Below are positions 43,491 to 54,732 of a DNA stretch of 64,000 nt, piece by piece. The position numbers and the translations under genes are program-made. Each line of letters begins with the position of its first letter. The first letter of the stretch is position 1. The stretch is from an uncultured Planctomycetaceae bacterium (GTDB taxonomy: Bacteria; Planctomycetota; Planctomycetia; Planctomycetales; Planctomycetaceae): the NCBI GenBank assembly GCA_963813715.1, contig CAWFAK010000005.1, forward strand, positions 160,001-224,000. The letters run 5' to 3'. The notes under the pieces were generated by a model that searched no databases, was not told the origin of the DNA, and worked only from the letters and a program-made list of their open reading frames with translations.

Positions 43491-44307
43491 ACTCAGGTGG
43501 GTGCCAGTCGCCCCAGTGGTCGAGGTAGTGGCGATACGCCGGGCTGGTGGGGGCTTGCTCTTCGAGCCAGCGCTTCGTTTCGGCGACGATCGCGTGTTCC
43601 TCGTCGAGCGACAGTTTGCCCAGGAGCACGCGGCTGCGGAGAAAGACGAAGTAGGTGTCGAGCACGTCGCAGCGGCAATAGTCGTTGAGTTCCTCCGCCT
43701 GGCCCGCGTCGTACATGTCCTGCACCTTCGAGCCGTCGATTTTGTTCTTGCCGGGCTTGCCGATCAGGTTGGCCAACAGGTTGAGGCCGCCGACCACGTA
43801 GGAGGCGCCGAAGTTGGAGAACAAGTCGCACAGATCGAGATGCGCGTCGAAGTTGTAGCGGTGGCGGGCCTGCTCGAAGCTCCTGGCTTCGAGGTTGAAC
43901 CAGGCGGGCAGGCTGATGCCGTAGCGATAGGCCGCCAGCTCGAGCACGGGAATGTCGTAGCCGCGGCCGTTGAAAGTCACCAGGATCGGCCGGCCGTAAT
44001 GCTGCCAACCCTGCCAGAACCGCTTGGTGATTTCGTGCGGACGGTAGTGGGGCGGGTCGAGGACCGAGAGATCGATCAGCCGATAGCTGGCGTCGACCTT
44101 GGCGATCGCCAGCGCGATCGGCAGGGTGAAGGTGGTAGGGAGAATGTCTTTCCCCTTTTCCTCCATCAGCTGCGCGCGAAAGCGGGCTAGCGCCTCCGCC
44201 GCGGAGAGCTTTTCGCTGGGATACTTCACGCGCGCGATCAGATCGCCGTCGCCGACCGCTTCGACGTCGAAGACCAGATAGGTGGGTTTGCGGCGGTTGT
44301 CGTCCAT
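43489..44307 (-). CDS. 3'-5' exonuclease, PolB-related DEDD family
   Basis: [23 protein letters not shown]. Confidence 0.88.
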   Translation of the reverse strand: MDDNRRKPTYLVFDVEAVGDGDLIARVKYPSEKLSAAEALARFRAQLMEEKGKDILPTTFTLPIALAIAKVDASYRLIDLSVLDPPHYRPHEITKRFWQGWQHYGRPILVTFNGRGYDIPVLELAAYRYGISLPAWFNLEARSFEQARHRYNFDAHLDLCDLFSNFGASYVVGGLNLLANLIGKPGKNKIDGSKVQDMYDAGQAEELNDYCRCDVLDTYFVFLRSRVLLGKLSLDEEHAIVAETKRWLEEQAPTSPAYRHYLDHWGDWHPPE

Positions 44308-44352
44308 GCGCCGGCGCCCCTCCATGCGCCCGTGCCCGTTGTCGGGCGTCCG

Positions 44353-46115
44353 TCACGTGAGAGGGTCGTTGCTGCCCGTCGCGCCGTGCAGCTTCATTTC
44401 TCGCTCGATGTTGTGGCTCATCGTGCTGTGCCACATGCCGTAGGCAAAGTAAATGAACAACCCAGCCACAAGCCAAACCACAAGGCGGATCCACGTATCG
44501 AGAGGCAGAAACATCATCATGGCGAGGTTGACGAGAATTCCGAGCGGCGCCACGACGAAGAGTGCCGGACAGCGGAACGGCCGCTCGGCGTTGGGTCGGC
44601 TGACGCGAAGGATCATCACCGACGCGCAAACGAACACAAAGGCCAAGAGAGTCCCGATGTTGACCATCTCTTCGAGCGTTTTGACGGGGAAGAACCCGGC
44701 CGCCAGTGCGACCAGCACGCCGGTCAACATGGTCGAGCGGTGCGGCGTGCGAAACTTTTCGTGCACGACGCCGAAGATGCTGTGCGGCAGCAAGCCGTCG
44801 CGGGCCATCGCCAGGAAGACACGCGCCTGGCTCAAAAAGATCACGAGCAGCACGCTCGTCATTCCCGCTAGCGCGCCGACGGAAATCAGCCAGGCGGAGC
44901 CCCGCAACAACGAGCTATTGGTCGCTTCCGCTTTGTGCCGGAATGCGGCCGCGACGGGTGCGCCCGTATCGATCTGGTAGTAAGGCTCCATCCCCGTGAT
45001 CACGGCCGTCATCAGGATGTACAACACCGTGCACAAGATCAGCGAGGCGAGGATGCCGAACGGCACGTCGCGCTTGGGTCGGATCGCCTCCTCGGAGTGG
45101 GTGGAAATCGAGTCGAAGCCGATGTAGGCGAAGAACACCAGGGCCGCCCCTGCCATCAGTCCGGTCAAACCATAGGGGCAAAAGGGGCCGCGCACGGAGT
45201 CGTCGAACGGCGTGAGCATTTCCTTCAGACCGAGCCAACCGAGCAAACCCCACTTCTTGACTTCGGCCGGCAGCGCTTTGACCTCGGCAACCTGCTCGGA
45301 GTTCAGCTCCTTGGCCAGTTCCGGGTGCTTTTCGAGCAGTTGTTCGCCCGTTGTGTGCACGGTGACCGCACCGGGGGGAGTTGCTCCTTGATCTTGGGAT
45401 TTCGCTCGATAAAGTCGCCGACGTCGGTCATGTGGCGCTTCTCGACGGGGATTTTCGTCCAGTTATCGCGATTGATGTAACCCCATCCGAGCACGATCAC
45501 GAAGATCACGACGGCGACTTTCACCACCACGAGCACGGCGTTGGTCGTCGCGCTTTCCCGGATTCCCAACACCAGGATCACCGTGATCAGACCCATGATG
45601 AGGATGGCCGGCAGGTTCATCACGCCGCCGGAAAACGGGTCGTTCAAGAGTTGCGCAGGGATCACCCATTCATGTCCCTCGCCGACAAAGACCCTCGAGG
45701 TCGCGCGGACGAACTCGTTGAGATAGCTCGACCAGTGGGCCGCCACGACCGAACACGACATGGCGTATTCGAGCACCAGGTCCCAGCCGATGATCCAAGC
45801 CCAGATTTCGCCGAGCGTGGCGTAGGTGTAGGTGTAGGCGCTGCCGGCGACGGGCGCCATCGAAGCAAACTCGGCGTAGCAGAGCGCGGCGAACGTGCAG
45901 GCGAGCCCCGCCACGATGAAAGAAATCATGATGCCGGGCCCCGCGTCTTGCGCGGCCACGCGCCCGGTAATCGAAAAGATGCCGGCGCCGATGATCGCGC
46001 CGACGCCCAGCGACGTGAGTGAGATGGGACCCAGGACGCGGCGGAGCCGGTTCTCCCCGGCCATCTCTTCCAGCAGCGTTTCCAGCGTTTTACGCTGGAA
46101 CATCCGCTTCAACAT
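44353..46115 (-). CDS. APC-family amino acid permease (frameshift at or near G-run ~45373-45378)
   Basis: GVGAIIGAGIF, CYAEFAS, AGSAYTY, IGWDL, FFAYIGFD, AMARDGLLP, NIGTL. Confidence 0.93.
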
Positions 46116-46342
46116 GGACACGACTCCCCAGGGCAGATTTGCCGTCGCGTCCCCGCGGTGCCGAGCGGCACTCATCACGGGACGTTTGATGCCAGGTTTG
46201 CGGCACTGCGAACCCCGGGAAGGCGAAACAATCGCCAAGCGCGCTCTCGGGGCGTTCGGCCGGACTGATCAGTCTAACCGAGCCCGCCCCCGAATTAAAA
46301 GCGCCGTGCGCGCGGCCGCCAGAGAGTCGTCCAGCGAGTCGT

Positions 46343-47566
46343 CTACTGGCAGATGAATTCGACCTCGAAGACGATTTGCTTGAGCTTCGGGTGATTCGTG
46401 TCGAGCGTGACGTGAACGCTATCGGGGCTCACCCGCGTGACCGCCGGCGATCCGGGGGGCAGCTCGAAGATGAAATTGGCCCCCTGCTGCTCGCCCGAGG
46501 TGATTTCCTTGTTCGGCACGACCGTGACCTTCAAGTACTCCGCGTCGTTCGTCGTCTTGAGAACTTTGAAGTTGTCCTTCATGCCGTAAATGATGGCCGG
46601 CAGCGTGACCTTCGAGCCGACGTCGCGGCGGACCTGACCCAGGTTGAGCCGCTGCTTCTCGTTCTGCCACAAGCCACGGCCTTCCGGCGGCAGGAACAGG
46701 ATCGGTCCCGATCGCGTGCCGGTGACGTCGATCTCGATCGTCTTGCCCCCCTCGAGGGTGGTATGGATTCGCAGCGGCACGCGGAACGTCCCCACGGGCA
46801 TATCGCGATCGACCTTGACGGTGAATTCATAGCCCGCTTTGCCGCGTAAGCTCATGAGTGCCATGACGTCGAGGGGCGCGAAGGTCACTTTGACGTGCGG
46901 GTTGGCCGAATCGATCGACGTGACCTTGAACGCGTCGATCATCGAGGCCACCTGGCCGGTCGTCACCCCTTCTTGAACGTCGGTCACGTGGCCGGCGTGC
47001 CAATCCTTTTGGGGAATCACCACGTACTTCTCGACGACCTTGCCATAGACCTTGAACTGGATGTCCGGCGCGTCGGGATCGCTGGTCCAAATCGTCGCGT
47101 ACTGGGCGAAGTTCGTCTGCAGTTCCTTGCCCCGCCAGGTCAGCTCGACGTCGACCGATTCGCCCGGCATGACCTTCTTCTTGGAGAGGGTGCCGACGGT
47201 GCATTTGCAGCTCGACGGGCCAACTTCGAGATCCAGCGGGCCCTGGCCAGCGTTCTTGATGGAGAAGGTGTGCTTCTTCTCTTCGTTCAGCGCCATCGAG
47301 CCGAATTCGTAGACGCGAGGCCCCGTGGCCGCCTTGGGGAAGGGGGCCTTATCGGCCAGGGGCGGCCGCTTCGGCTTCTTGGCATCGTCTTCCTTCGGCG
47401 GCGGAGGAGGCAAAGGCTGGACGGGGCCCTTGCTCCCGCGCGGGTCAATCAGGGCTCTATTGCCTTCGGTCTTCGGCACCCATGGGGCGTAACGGGCGCA
47501 CCAAATGGTACCCGCCAGCGCTCCCGTTCCGAGGACGACTCCCAGAATCGCGCCTAGAGCTCGCAT
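46343..47566 (-). CDS. DUF1573-domain (Ig-like) secreted/membrane-anchored protein
   Basis: YEFG..HTFSIKNAGQGPL..SSCKCT..PGES motif after an N-terminal hydrophobic segment. Confidence 0.85.
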   Translation of the reverse strand: MRALGAILGVVLGTGALAGTIWCARYAPWVPKTEGNRALIDPRGSKGPVQPLPPPPPKEDDAKKPKRPPLADKAPFPKAATGPRVYEFGSMALNEEKKHTFSIKNAGQGPLDLEVGPSSCKCTVGTLSKKKVMPGESVDVELTWRGKELQTNFAQYATIWTSDPDAPDIQFKVYGKVVEKYVVIPQKDWHAGHVTDVQEGVTTGQVASMIDAFKVTSIDSANPHVKVTFAPLDVMALMSLRGKAGYEFTVKVDRDMPVGTFRVPLRIHTTLEGGKTIEIDVTGTRSGPILFLPPEGRGLWQNEKQRLNLGQVRRDVGSKVTLPAIIYGMKDNFKVLKTTNDAEYLKVTVVPNKEITSGEQQGANFIFELPPGSPAVTRVSPDSVHVTLDTNHPKLKQIVFEVEFICQ

Positions 47567-48044
47567 GGCCTCGCACTCCGCCAAAAAGCAACGAACAGGG
47601 CAGGCTCGCACGAGCCCGCCCTGGTCGATTTTCAGACCTTCATTCTAAACGTGCCCACAGCGCGTTCAATCACGGCAAACCGCATCGCGGCGAAGATCCT
47701 TAAGGAGGGGTCGAAGAGAACGCCTGCGCCTGACGGGAAGAATTCGCCGCCAACACTACGACCAACCCGGCGTCCGCGTTGGGGAAAGAGCCGAATGTCC
47801 AGGTTTTTTGGCGACCCGACCCAGTTTATGTTGCCGAAAGGCATCAAGCCGCGTTGATAGACGGAAACCATGATGGCAAAAGGCCACACGCCGCCCGGCC
47901 GGGCAGGGTTGGGCCCAAACCGGCGGCCTGGGACCGGCAACCGTTCGTTGATCCGCAGCAAGTCGGACCTAGAATTGCTCCAGAAGTGAACCGAGCCTGC
48001 CACACCCGTGGGGGCGATCGGAAAGCAATCAGTAAGGTGAAAAA

Positions 48045-48335
48045 ATGGCCATTACGAAAGATAAAGTGCTGTCGCTGGTCGTCTTCGCCGCGGTTGCCGT
48101 GGCCCTGGTCACCATCCTGAGCGCGGCCGCCGTTCCCGGCATCGGCCTGTTCGTCGCCCTGATGGTCTCGCTGGGCGGACTGGCGCTGATTTGGTTCGCC
48201 GAACCGCTGGGCGAGACCGCCTGCTTCTCGCGTGGCGTGCCCCGCCCGTCGCCGGCCCCGCTGATCAGCCTGATTGGCTGGATTTTCTTGGTCGGCTATC
48301 CGCTCTTGATGACCGTGGTCACCCGGGCGATTTAA
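48045..48335 (+). CDS. Small membrane protein
   Basis: AAGGTG RBS, three hydrophobic segments. Confidence 0.7.
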   Translation: MAITKDKVLSLVVFAAVAVALVTILSAAAVPGIGLFVALMVSLGGLALIWFAEPLGETACFSRGVPRPSPAPLISLIGWIFLVGYPLLMTVVTRAI

Positions 48336-48339
48336 AGGC

Positions 48340-48515
48340 CCAGTCCCAAGGTCCAACGTCCAAGGTCCAAAGTCGCGAACGGCCGGATCCGGCTCACCGG
48401 GTTCGGCCGCGCGGCTTTGGGCCTTTTTTTGTTCCACCACAAAGCCGACCCAGCCGGCTACAGCGGTCCAAAGTCGCCTTCGACCTTGGGACTTTGGACT
48501 CAGGATCCTGGACTT
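48340..48515. repeat. Heptamer-based inverted repeat element
   Basis: GTCCCAAG/GTCCAAC/GTCCAAG/GTCCAAA units on the left and CTTGGGAC/TTTGGAC on the right. Confidence 0.55.
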
Positions 48516-48734
48516 CCTCGGGGGGGACCCCCTAGGAAAACTCCCTATTGCCGAACTCGCGGCGAAGTGATCTATTAACTGAACAATTCTCTCTGCGCGG
48601 GGGGAGTCAATCGTCTGGGTGTGCGGCCCACCCCGGCCGCCGATGCCCATGTTGCGGATGGGATTAGAGATTGGCGTCCGCCGAGCGAGACGAGGCGGTC
48701 GGACGGCGCGACTGAACGCACGAACGGGTCGCCG

Positions 48735-50393
48735 ATGAGCGTCTCGACCAAGGGCGAGTTTTTCCGCCTCCTCAAACGCAGTGGTCTGCTCTCGCCCGAA
48801 AAACGGGTCGAGGCGAAGCACCTGTGCCAGGGCGTCACCGACGCCACCCAGGCCAGCAACGTGCTGGTTCAGCACAACCTGCTCACCGAATGGCAGGCTG
48901 CGCAACTGCTCTTGGGTCGCACGCAGTTCTTTCTGGGCAAATACAAGCTGCTCAAGTTCCGCGGCCGCGGCGCGATGGGCATCGTCTTCAAGGCCCAGCA
49001 CCCCGATTTCGATCGCAGCGTCGCCATCAAGGTGCTGCCCAAGTCGATCGTCGATCGCCCCCGCTCGGTCGCCCGCTTCTTGCGCGAGATCCGCTCGACG
49101 GCCGCCCTCAACCATCCGAACCTGGTCGTCGCCTACGACGCCGACGAAATCGACGGCACCTACTGTCTCGTGATGGAGTACGTCACCGGCCGCAGCTTGA
49201 AGATGCTGCTGCAACAATTCGGACGTCTGCCGCCGGTCTGGTCCTGCGAGTGCATGTATCAGGCGGCCCTCGCCCTGCAGCACATCCACGACTGCGACCT
49301 GGTCCACCGCGACGTCAAACCGTCGAACGTGCTGGTGACGACCAACCCGCCCGATCCGCGCCCCGTGGTCAAACTGCTCGACATTGGACTGGCTCGTTTC
49401 GTCAGCGAAGTCGAAGAGGAGGGCGGCCTCACCCGCGACGGCCAGATCGTCGGCACCGGCAACTACATGTCACCCGAGCAAGTGGCCAACGCCCGCAAGG
49501 CCGACATCCGCGCCGATATTTACGGCCTCGGCGTAACCTTCTTCGAGCTGCTGACCGGGACCTGCCCGCTCGCCGGTCAAACGCTCGTGCAGACCTACAT
49601 GAATCGGCTCCGCAACGAGCCGCCCCGCGTTTCGACGTTGTGCCCCAACGCGCCCCGCGGGCTCGACGCGGTCATCGACAAAATGCTCAAGCGCGACGTC
49701 AACGAGCGCTATCAAACGCCCGCCGCGCTCGCCGCCGATCTGTCCGCCATCCTCGAGGGACGCGGCGAAGAGGAAGACGCCCCGTTCTTTGCCGAAATTC
49801 CGCCCGACCAGTTTCGGGGCGACGAGCCGAATTGCGATGCGAGCGTGGGAGCCAATTGGCGCGACCCTCGCGTCAACCTCTCGCTTCCCTCCGACCCCAC
49901 GCTGTCGGCAGACGCGACGGTGCCCACGGATAACGCGTCCGCAGGCGGGCCCGTCCCGTTCGCGATCGAGGCCCCGTGGCCGCCGACTCAGTTCGATTCC
50001 AGCGGCGAGATGTCGGTCGTGGGCTCGGCCGACGGTTCGACGGCCCAACCCTCCGGCGATCCGGCCGCCGATTCGTCGGTCGTCGAGTTTCTGCAGCTCT
50101 TGGACACTCAGTCGGACGACGTGTTTCGCCAAATCGGCCAGCGTTATGCCGGCGGTACGTCACGCGGCAAAATCCCGGAACTGGCCGCGCAGTCCTCGCA
50201 GTTTCTCCGGCAACTGGTCAAAGGACTCGCCGGCAAAGCCCGCTCGAAGGGCAAGAAGCGTGTCGCTCCGAAGAGCGGCGCCACGCCCAAGCCGCGGGCC
50301 AAATCGAAGACCGAGCCGGCGCCGGCCACTCCGAAAGCCCGCCGTCGCAAGGCCGGCCCCCACCCGAAGACGCGCAAGCCGGGAGATGACTGA
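48735..50393 (+). CDS. Hanks-type Ser/Thr protein kinase with disordered, basic C-terminal tail
   Basis: GRGAMGIV, VAIK, HRDVKPSN, DIGLAR, GTGNYMSPEQ, DIYGLG. Confidence 0.95.
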   Translation: MSVSTKGEFFRLLKRSGLLSPEKRVEAKHLCQGVTDATQASNVLVQHNLLTEWQAAQLLLGRTQFFLGKYKLLKFRGRGAMGIVFKAQHPDFDRSVAIKVLPKSIVDRPRSVARFLREIRSTAALNHPNLVVAYDADEIDGTYCLVMEYVTGRSLKMLLQQFGRLPPVWSCECMYQAALALQHIHDCDLVHRDVKPSNVLVTTNPPDPRPVVKLLDIGLARFVSEVEEEGGLTRDGQIVGTGNYMSPEQVANARKADIRADIYGLGVTFFELLTGTCPLAGQTLVQTYMNRLRNEPPRVSTLCPNAPRGLDAVIDKMLKRDVNERYQTPAALAADLSAILEGRGEEEDAPFFAEIPPDQFRGDEPNCDASVGANWRDPRVNLSLPSDPTLSADATVPTDNASAGGPVPFAIEAPWPPTQFDSSGEMSVVGSADGSTAQPSGDPAADSSVVEFLQLLDTQSDDVFRQIGQRYAGGTSRGKIPELAAQSSQFLRQLVKGLAGKARSKGKKRVAPKSGATPKPRAKSKTEPAPATPKARRRKAGPHPKTRKPGDD

Positions 50394-50643
50394 CCGTCCC
50401 TCCCGATCGGTTAGTACGCCAAGAACCGCCGAGCCGCGTCGCGGCTAGCCGACGGCCGCTGCCTTCTCCTTTTCCGACCGTCGAAGCGCGCGTAATTCGT
50501 TCGCATCGGCGTGGTCGATAGGTTAAGGTGGAGACGAAGCATTTCCGTCTCCGACTCTCCGCTTTTTGCTGGTCATCCGCCCGCTGCTGCTCCTGCCGCG
50601 TCCCGCCTCGCCGCGTTCTCGCGCGGTCCGAAGGACTCCCGCC

Positions 50644-52608
50644 ATGTCTGTCCCATTCGCTCGTCGCTGCCCCCTCGCGCCTCGTGAGTTGCGTCACCTC
50701 TGGGCTTGTCTCGCTGCGCTGACTTTGACGTTTGTTACGTTAGCGCGGCCATGCGCTCGAGCCGGCGCGGATTCAGCAGGCGGTCGCACTGCCTCGTCTC
50801 ACTCCGGGTCCTCCGCGTCAGCCGTGCCCGGCACCGAAGTCATGATCTCCACGCCGATGGCGCCGACGGCCTGGGCGGTGCTCGAGCGCGAGTTGTTGCG
50901 GGCCAATGCCATCGCCTGTCGCGAGTTCTTTCACAAGTACTTCGACGAGCGCGGCTACTTGAAGTGCGTCGAGCGGTGGGGCGGAGACGACGGGCCCGAC
51001 GACGCCATCGAAAACCTGAGCGATTGGCCCATCCTGCACGCGCTCGGCGCGCCGGCCGTCGTGCTCGACATGTACAAGCAGGGCTGGGAAGGACACCTGC
51101 GGCAATACACGCAGGCCAAAACCAAGCAGGTCCCCTTCGCCCGCGCCGGGATGTACTACAAAGAATTTCCGGTGATGTTCGACTGGCTGCACAACGGCGA
51201 AGGGCTCACGCCGTTCGACCTGCAGGGGCTCGCCGATCCGAACGACGCCAAATTCCAGTCCCGCGTCCGCCGCTTCGCCGGCTTCTACACCAACGAAGAT
51301 GCCGGATGCTCCCAACTACGACGCAGCCCACAAGATCATCCGCAGCATGTTCAACGGCAGCCGCGGTCCGCTGTTGCGCAAGGCGACGGCCTCGACTGGG
51401 CCGGCGATCCGATCGACGTCGGCAATCGCTTCAAGCCGCTGCACGGCGAACACAACTACGCCCAGATGCTCGCCCACTTCGAGAAGTACAACGACATCGT
51501 GGGTGACAATCCCATGAACCTGGAGGCGACGTCGCTCGCCTTCAACGCCTACGCCCTCGCCCAGGATCCCAAGTACAAGCGCTGGCTGCTGGAGTACGTC
51601 GACGCCTGGGTCGATCGCACGCGGGCCAACCACGACATCATTCCCAGCAACGTCGGCTTGGACGGCGTGATCGGCAGCGGAGCCGGCGGCAAATGGTACG
51701 GCGGCGTCTACGGCTGGGGCTTCACGGTTCGCGACCCGGCGACCGGCCGCATGTCCAACCGCAATCAAACGGGGCTCGCGGTCACCGGCTTCGGCAACGC
51801 GCTCTTGCTCACGGGAAACCGCAAGTACGTCGACGTCTGGCGGAAGATGATCGACGCGGTCAACGCCAACGGCCGCCGCATCGACGGCCAGATGATGTAT
51901 CCCACGATGTACGGCGATCAAGGCTGGTATGCCTTCACGCCGAGGAAGTACGCGTTCGCCGCGCTCAAGGTCTGGTACTGGTCGATGGATCCGGCCGATC
52001 GCGAACGCGTGGGCGATAACGGCTGGCTCAATTACCTCGACGGCAAAGATCCCGAATACCCCGACCGCACGCTTGCCCAGGAATTTCTCGCCATCCGCAG
52101 CCACATCGACGGCCTCCGCGCGGACCGCACCACGCCGCAAACCCGTTTGGCCGACGATCCGCTGGCCTACAATCCGGCCACGGTCTACGCGCTCATCAAC
52201 CTGATGCTGGGCGGCCTCTACCCCGGCCACGTCGGCTCGCCCTTACATTGCCGCGTGCGTTACTTCGATCCCGAGAAACGCCGCGCGGGCGTGCCCGACG
52301 ACGTCGCCGCGCTCGTCGACCACCTGACCGACACGCAAACTGGCATCACGCTGATCAACCTCAACCCCGTCGCCGGCCACTCGGTGATCGTGCAAGGTGG
52401 AGCCTACGCCGAACACCAATTCGCGGACGTCACGATCGACGGCCACAAACGCGCGGTCGACGCCCCGTCATTCACCGTGCAACTCGCCCCCGGCAGCGGC
52501 GCGCACCTGGTGCTGACGACCCATCGCTACGCCAATCCGCCGAGCCTGAAGTTCCCCTGGGAGCAGGCGCGTGCGGCGCAGGTCGTCGCGACTCGGCACG
52601 GGAAATGA
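50644..52608 (+). CDS. Uncharacterised, probably secreted protein (two compensating frameshifts ~51305-51390; start uncertain)
   Basis: Long ORF with strong codon bias; WGGDDGPDDAIEN, DWLHNGEG, GKWYGGVYGW; the segment PDAPNYD..FNGSRGP lies in ORF 51299 frame. Confidence 0.8.
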   Translation: MSVPFARRCPLAPRELRHLWACLAALTLTFVTLARPCARAGADSAGGRTASSHSGSSASAVPGTEVMISTPMAPTAWAVLERELLRANAIACREFFHKYFDERGYLKCVERWGGDDGPDDAIENLSDWPILHALGAPAVVLDMYKQGWEGHLRQYTQAKTKQVPFARAGMYYKEFPVMFDWLHNGEGLTPFDLQGLADPNDAKFQSRVRRFAGFYTNEDAGCSQLRRSPQDHPQHVQRQPRSAVAQGDGLDWAGDPIDVGNRFKPLHGEHNYAQMLAHFEKYNDIVGDNPMNLEATSLAFNAYALAQDPKYKRWLLEYVDAWVDRTRANHDIIPSNVGLDGVIGSGAGGKWYGGVYGWGFTVRDPATGRMSNRNQTGLAVTGFGNALLLTGNRKYVDVWRKMIDAVNANGRRIDGQMMYPTMYGDQGWYAFTPRKYAFAALKVWYWSMDPADRERVGDNGWLNYLDGKDPEYPDRTLAQEFLAIRSHIDGLRADRTTPQTRLADDPLAYNPATVYALINLMLGGLYPGHVGSPLHCRVRYFDPEKRRAGVPDDVAALVDHLTDTQTGITLINLNPVAGHSVIVQGGAYAEHQFADVTIDGHKRAVDAPSFTVQLAPGSGAHLVLTTHRYANPPSLKFPWEQARAAQVVATRHGK

Positions 52609-52631
52609 AAGCTACGGCCGTGACGCAATGT

Positions 52632-53466
52632 TCAGCGTCGGTGCGGATCGCGTGTCACGGCTGGCCGATCAACTTTGCCGTCCATCAGAACGAACAGTCG
52701 CAAATCTGCCCAGTCGTCTGTTCTCTGATCGGGCCGTTTATAGCTCCAAAAGGTCGCTTCCCAACACCACCGGCCTAAGGAATCGTTGGGGACCAAGTCC
52801 AACGCCACAAATTCCCATTTATGGTCCGTCGAGTCCTTCACTAGTGTGTTCTTCATCGCAGTCGCGAGATTAATTGCCCTGCGCGCTGAGCGGCGGATTT
52901 TCGGCGGCGGGGTTCCACACCGGCGATGTGCCGAGGCCTTCTCCAGGTATGGACATGAAGAATTTGCCTTCGGCGTGACTGTTCGAGCCTGGCCCTGCGA
53001 CTTCCGGCGACTGTGGATAATCGTCACTGTTTTTGCGGACCGGCTGGACGATTGCGCCATCCATCAGCACGACGACAAAACAATAAGGGACCCCGCCCCC
53101 AATGCCCCCATTGATCGGATCCGCTTCGTAATAGGCGACCCAGTACCACTTCTCGCGCCGGTGATGTCGCAGGCTGAGCGACTGAAACTGCCATTTCCAA
53201 CCATTCGCGTCCTTAAAGAAAACGGACCGAAATTCGTTTGCTGCCTTAAGTGCTTTGCGGGCCGACAGCGGAGGGTCGCTTGCCTCTTTTTGCCATGAGG
53301 GCGTCAGCTTGAGCTTGGCATCCGTCACAGTGACCACGTAGAGCGTGTAGCGGGGGTTGGCGTCGCACCCGAGACTGACGAATTCTGTCTCTTCGGCGAG
53401 TGCACTCGTTGCGAGCATGGCGCTGAAGACGCCCACGGCTGCGAGTCGTCGGCCTGCCTTGTTCAT
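52632..53466 (-). CDS. Secreted hypothetical protein with two tandem homologous domains (frameshift ~52880)
   Basis: Signal peptide; each domain has P.W....PPLSA.KA/RA...W.F..L.L...W.W...VLMDG. Confidence 0.75.
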
Positions 53467-53690
53467 TTGATGCGACCCTTCGATTCCGGCCTAGGCTACG
53501 TCGACGCGCGCTTGGCAGTGCCTTCTTCAAGGAGTCCGGCCGCGGTCCACATCATACCGCGCGGAACGCCTATTTGGCCCCGATCGAACAGGTCGACGGG
53601 GCCCGCCTTTTCCCGATAGAGCCACGCCCCCACTAGTGTCGCCAGGGTGCGCGTCCGGCAATTCGCAGTTAAAATGCGAGGTACGCCAAT

Positions 53691-53728
53691 AAAAAAAGGC
53701 TCTCGCCCAACAAAGCCGGCGAGAGCCT
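53691..53728 (-). terminator. Rho-independent terminator
   Basis: Minus strand GGCTCTCGCC-loop-GGCGAGAGCC followed by T7. Confidence 0.8.
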
Positions 53729-54282
53729 CGCAAAGAGGGAGGAGCCGAGCCGCGCATCGACCAATTGCACCGACCCGTGCGTGCAGTGCCCTTCTCGGGC
53801 ATTCCTCGCACCGCGACAGCACTCGAATGACACACCGCCCGGGCAAGACGCCGCGGGGATGAGACAACGCGACTGACGCGGAATCGAGTTACGGGAAACG
53901 CAGGACGAGCCGAATGCTCAGACGTGCGGACCTCGCCGCCGAAAATCGGGGGCGGGCTCCTCTCACACAAACCTGTCCGGCGGATCTTGCATGCATGCCC
54001 TCCAAAAAAGGAAAAGCACGACACATCACGCAAACCGGTGGCATACCACGGGAGGCAGGCCACAGGCGGGAAACGCGGCGGCTTACGCGCCCGCTCCCCA
54101 CTGCCAATCCTACTCCGATCGCGGTGACTTTCAAGAAGAATTTGCGAACGACTTTTAACCAAATCACGGTTTAATCAAAGTTGAGCAAAAGCGGCCGGAG
54201 CCGCAACGCGGCTACACGTCCGCGCCAGACGAGAATTCAGCACGAAATCAGCAAACCAGCGCAGCAACAACGGAAGGCTCCC

Positions 54283-54633
54283 ATGAAGATCAAGACCGGC
54301 GCCGGCGAAACCTACTTCAATCCGCATCTGATCTCGCACGTGTACCTCAACGCCGACAGCTCGCTGCTGACGGTGCACTTCGTGGAGGGGTCGCATTCCG
54401 GGTTTCCGGTCGAGACCGAGGAAGAGCGGGCCTCGGCGGCCGAGTTTCTCAAGCAGCTCACCGTCGAACCGGGCGGCTTTGCGACCATCGGCAGCGAAGT
54501 GCTCAACCTCAAGGCGGCCTTGTGGATTTCGGTACCCGACGACGGTCCCATCCAAATTCGTCTCGGGGACACCCGCACCCGCACGGTCGACGAGGCCGAT
54601 CGCGAACTCGTGCTCAAACTGCTCGCGCAATGA
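54283..54633 (+). CDS. Hypothetical protein (116 aa)
   Basis: GGAAGG RBS, ATG 54283, coding-like codon usage. Confidence 0.75.
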   Translation: MKIKTGAGETYFNPHLISHVYLNADSSLLTVHFVEGSHSGFPVETEEERASAAEFLKQLTVEPGGFATIGSEVLNLKAALWISVPDDGPIQIRLGDTRTRTVDEADRELVLKLLAQ

Positions 54634-54732
54634 TTCCGCACAGCCGCGCTCTTGGGCGGTTGACCGGCCCGGAATCCTGTGCAAAGCTTTGTGAGTGAGT
54701 CGTGCGGGCAGCCCTCTGGAAGCCACCCAGCC

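Noticed and set aside
41595..44307. Prophage or defence island (DUF932-like gene plus exonuclease)
   Set aside because: No integrase, structural or defence genes, and ftsY lies between the two.
45373..45378. Programmed frameshift or phase variation at a G-run in the permease
   Set aside because: A short homopolymer in an error-rich sequence is indistinguishable from a sequencing error.
47700..48040. Possible riboswitch in the intergenic region (GCCGAAAGGC hairpin)
   Set aside because: Only one short tetraloop hairpin; no aptamer consensus or expression platform recognised.
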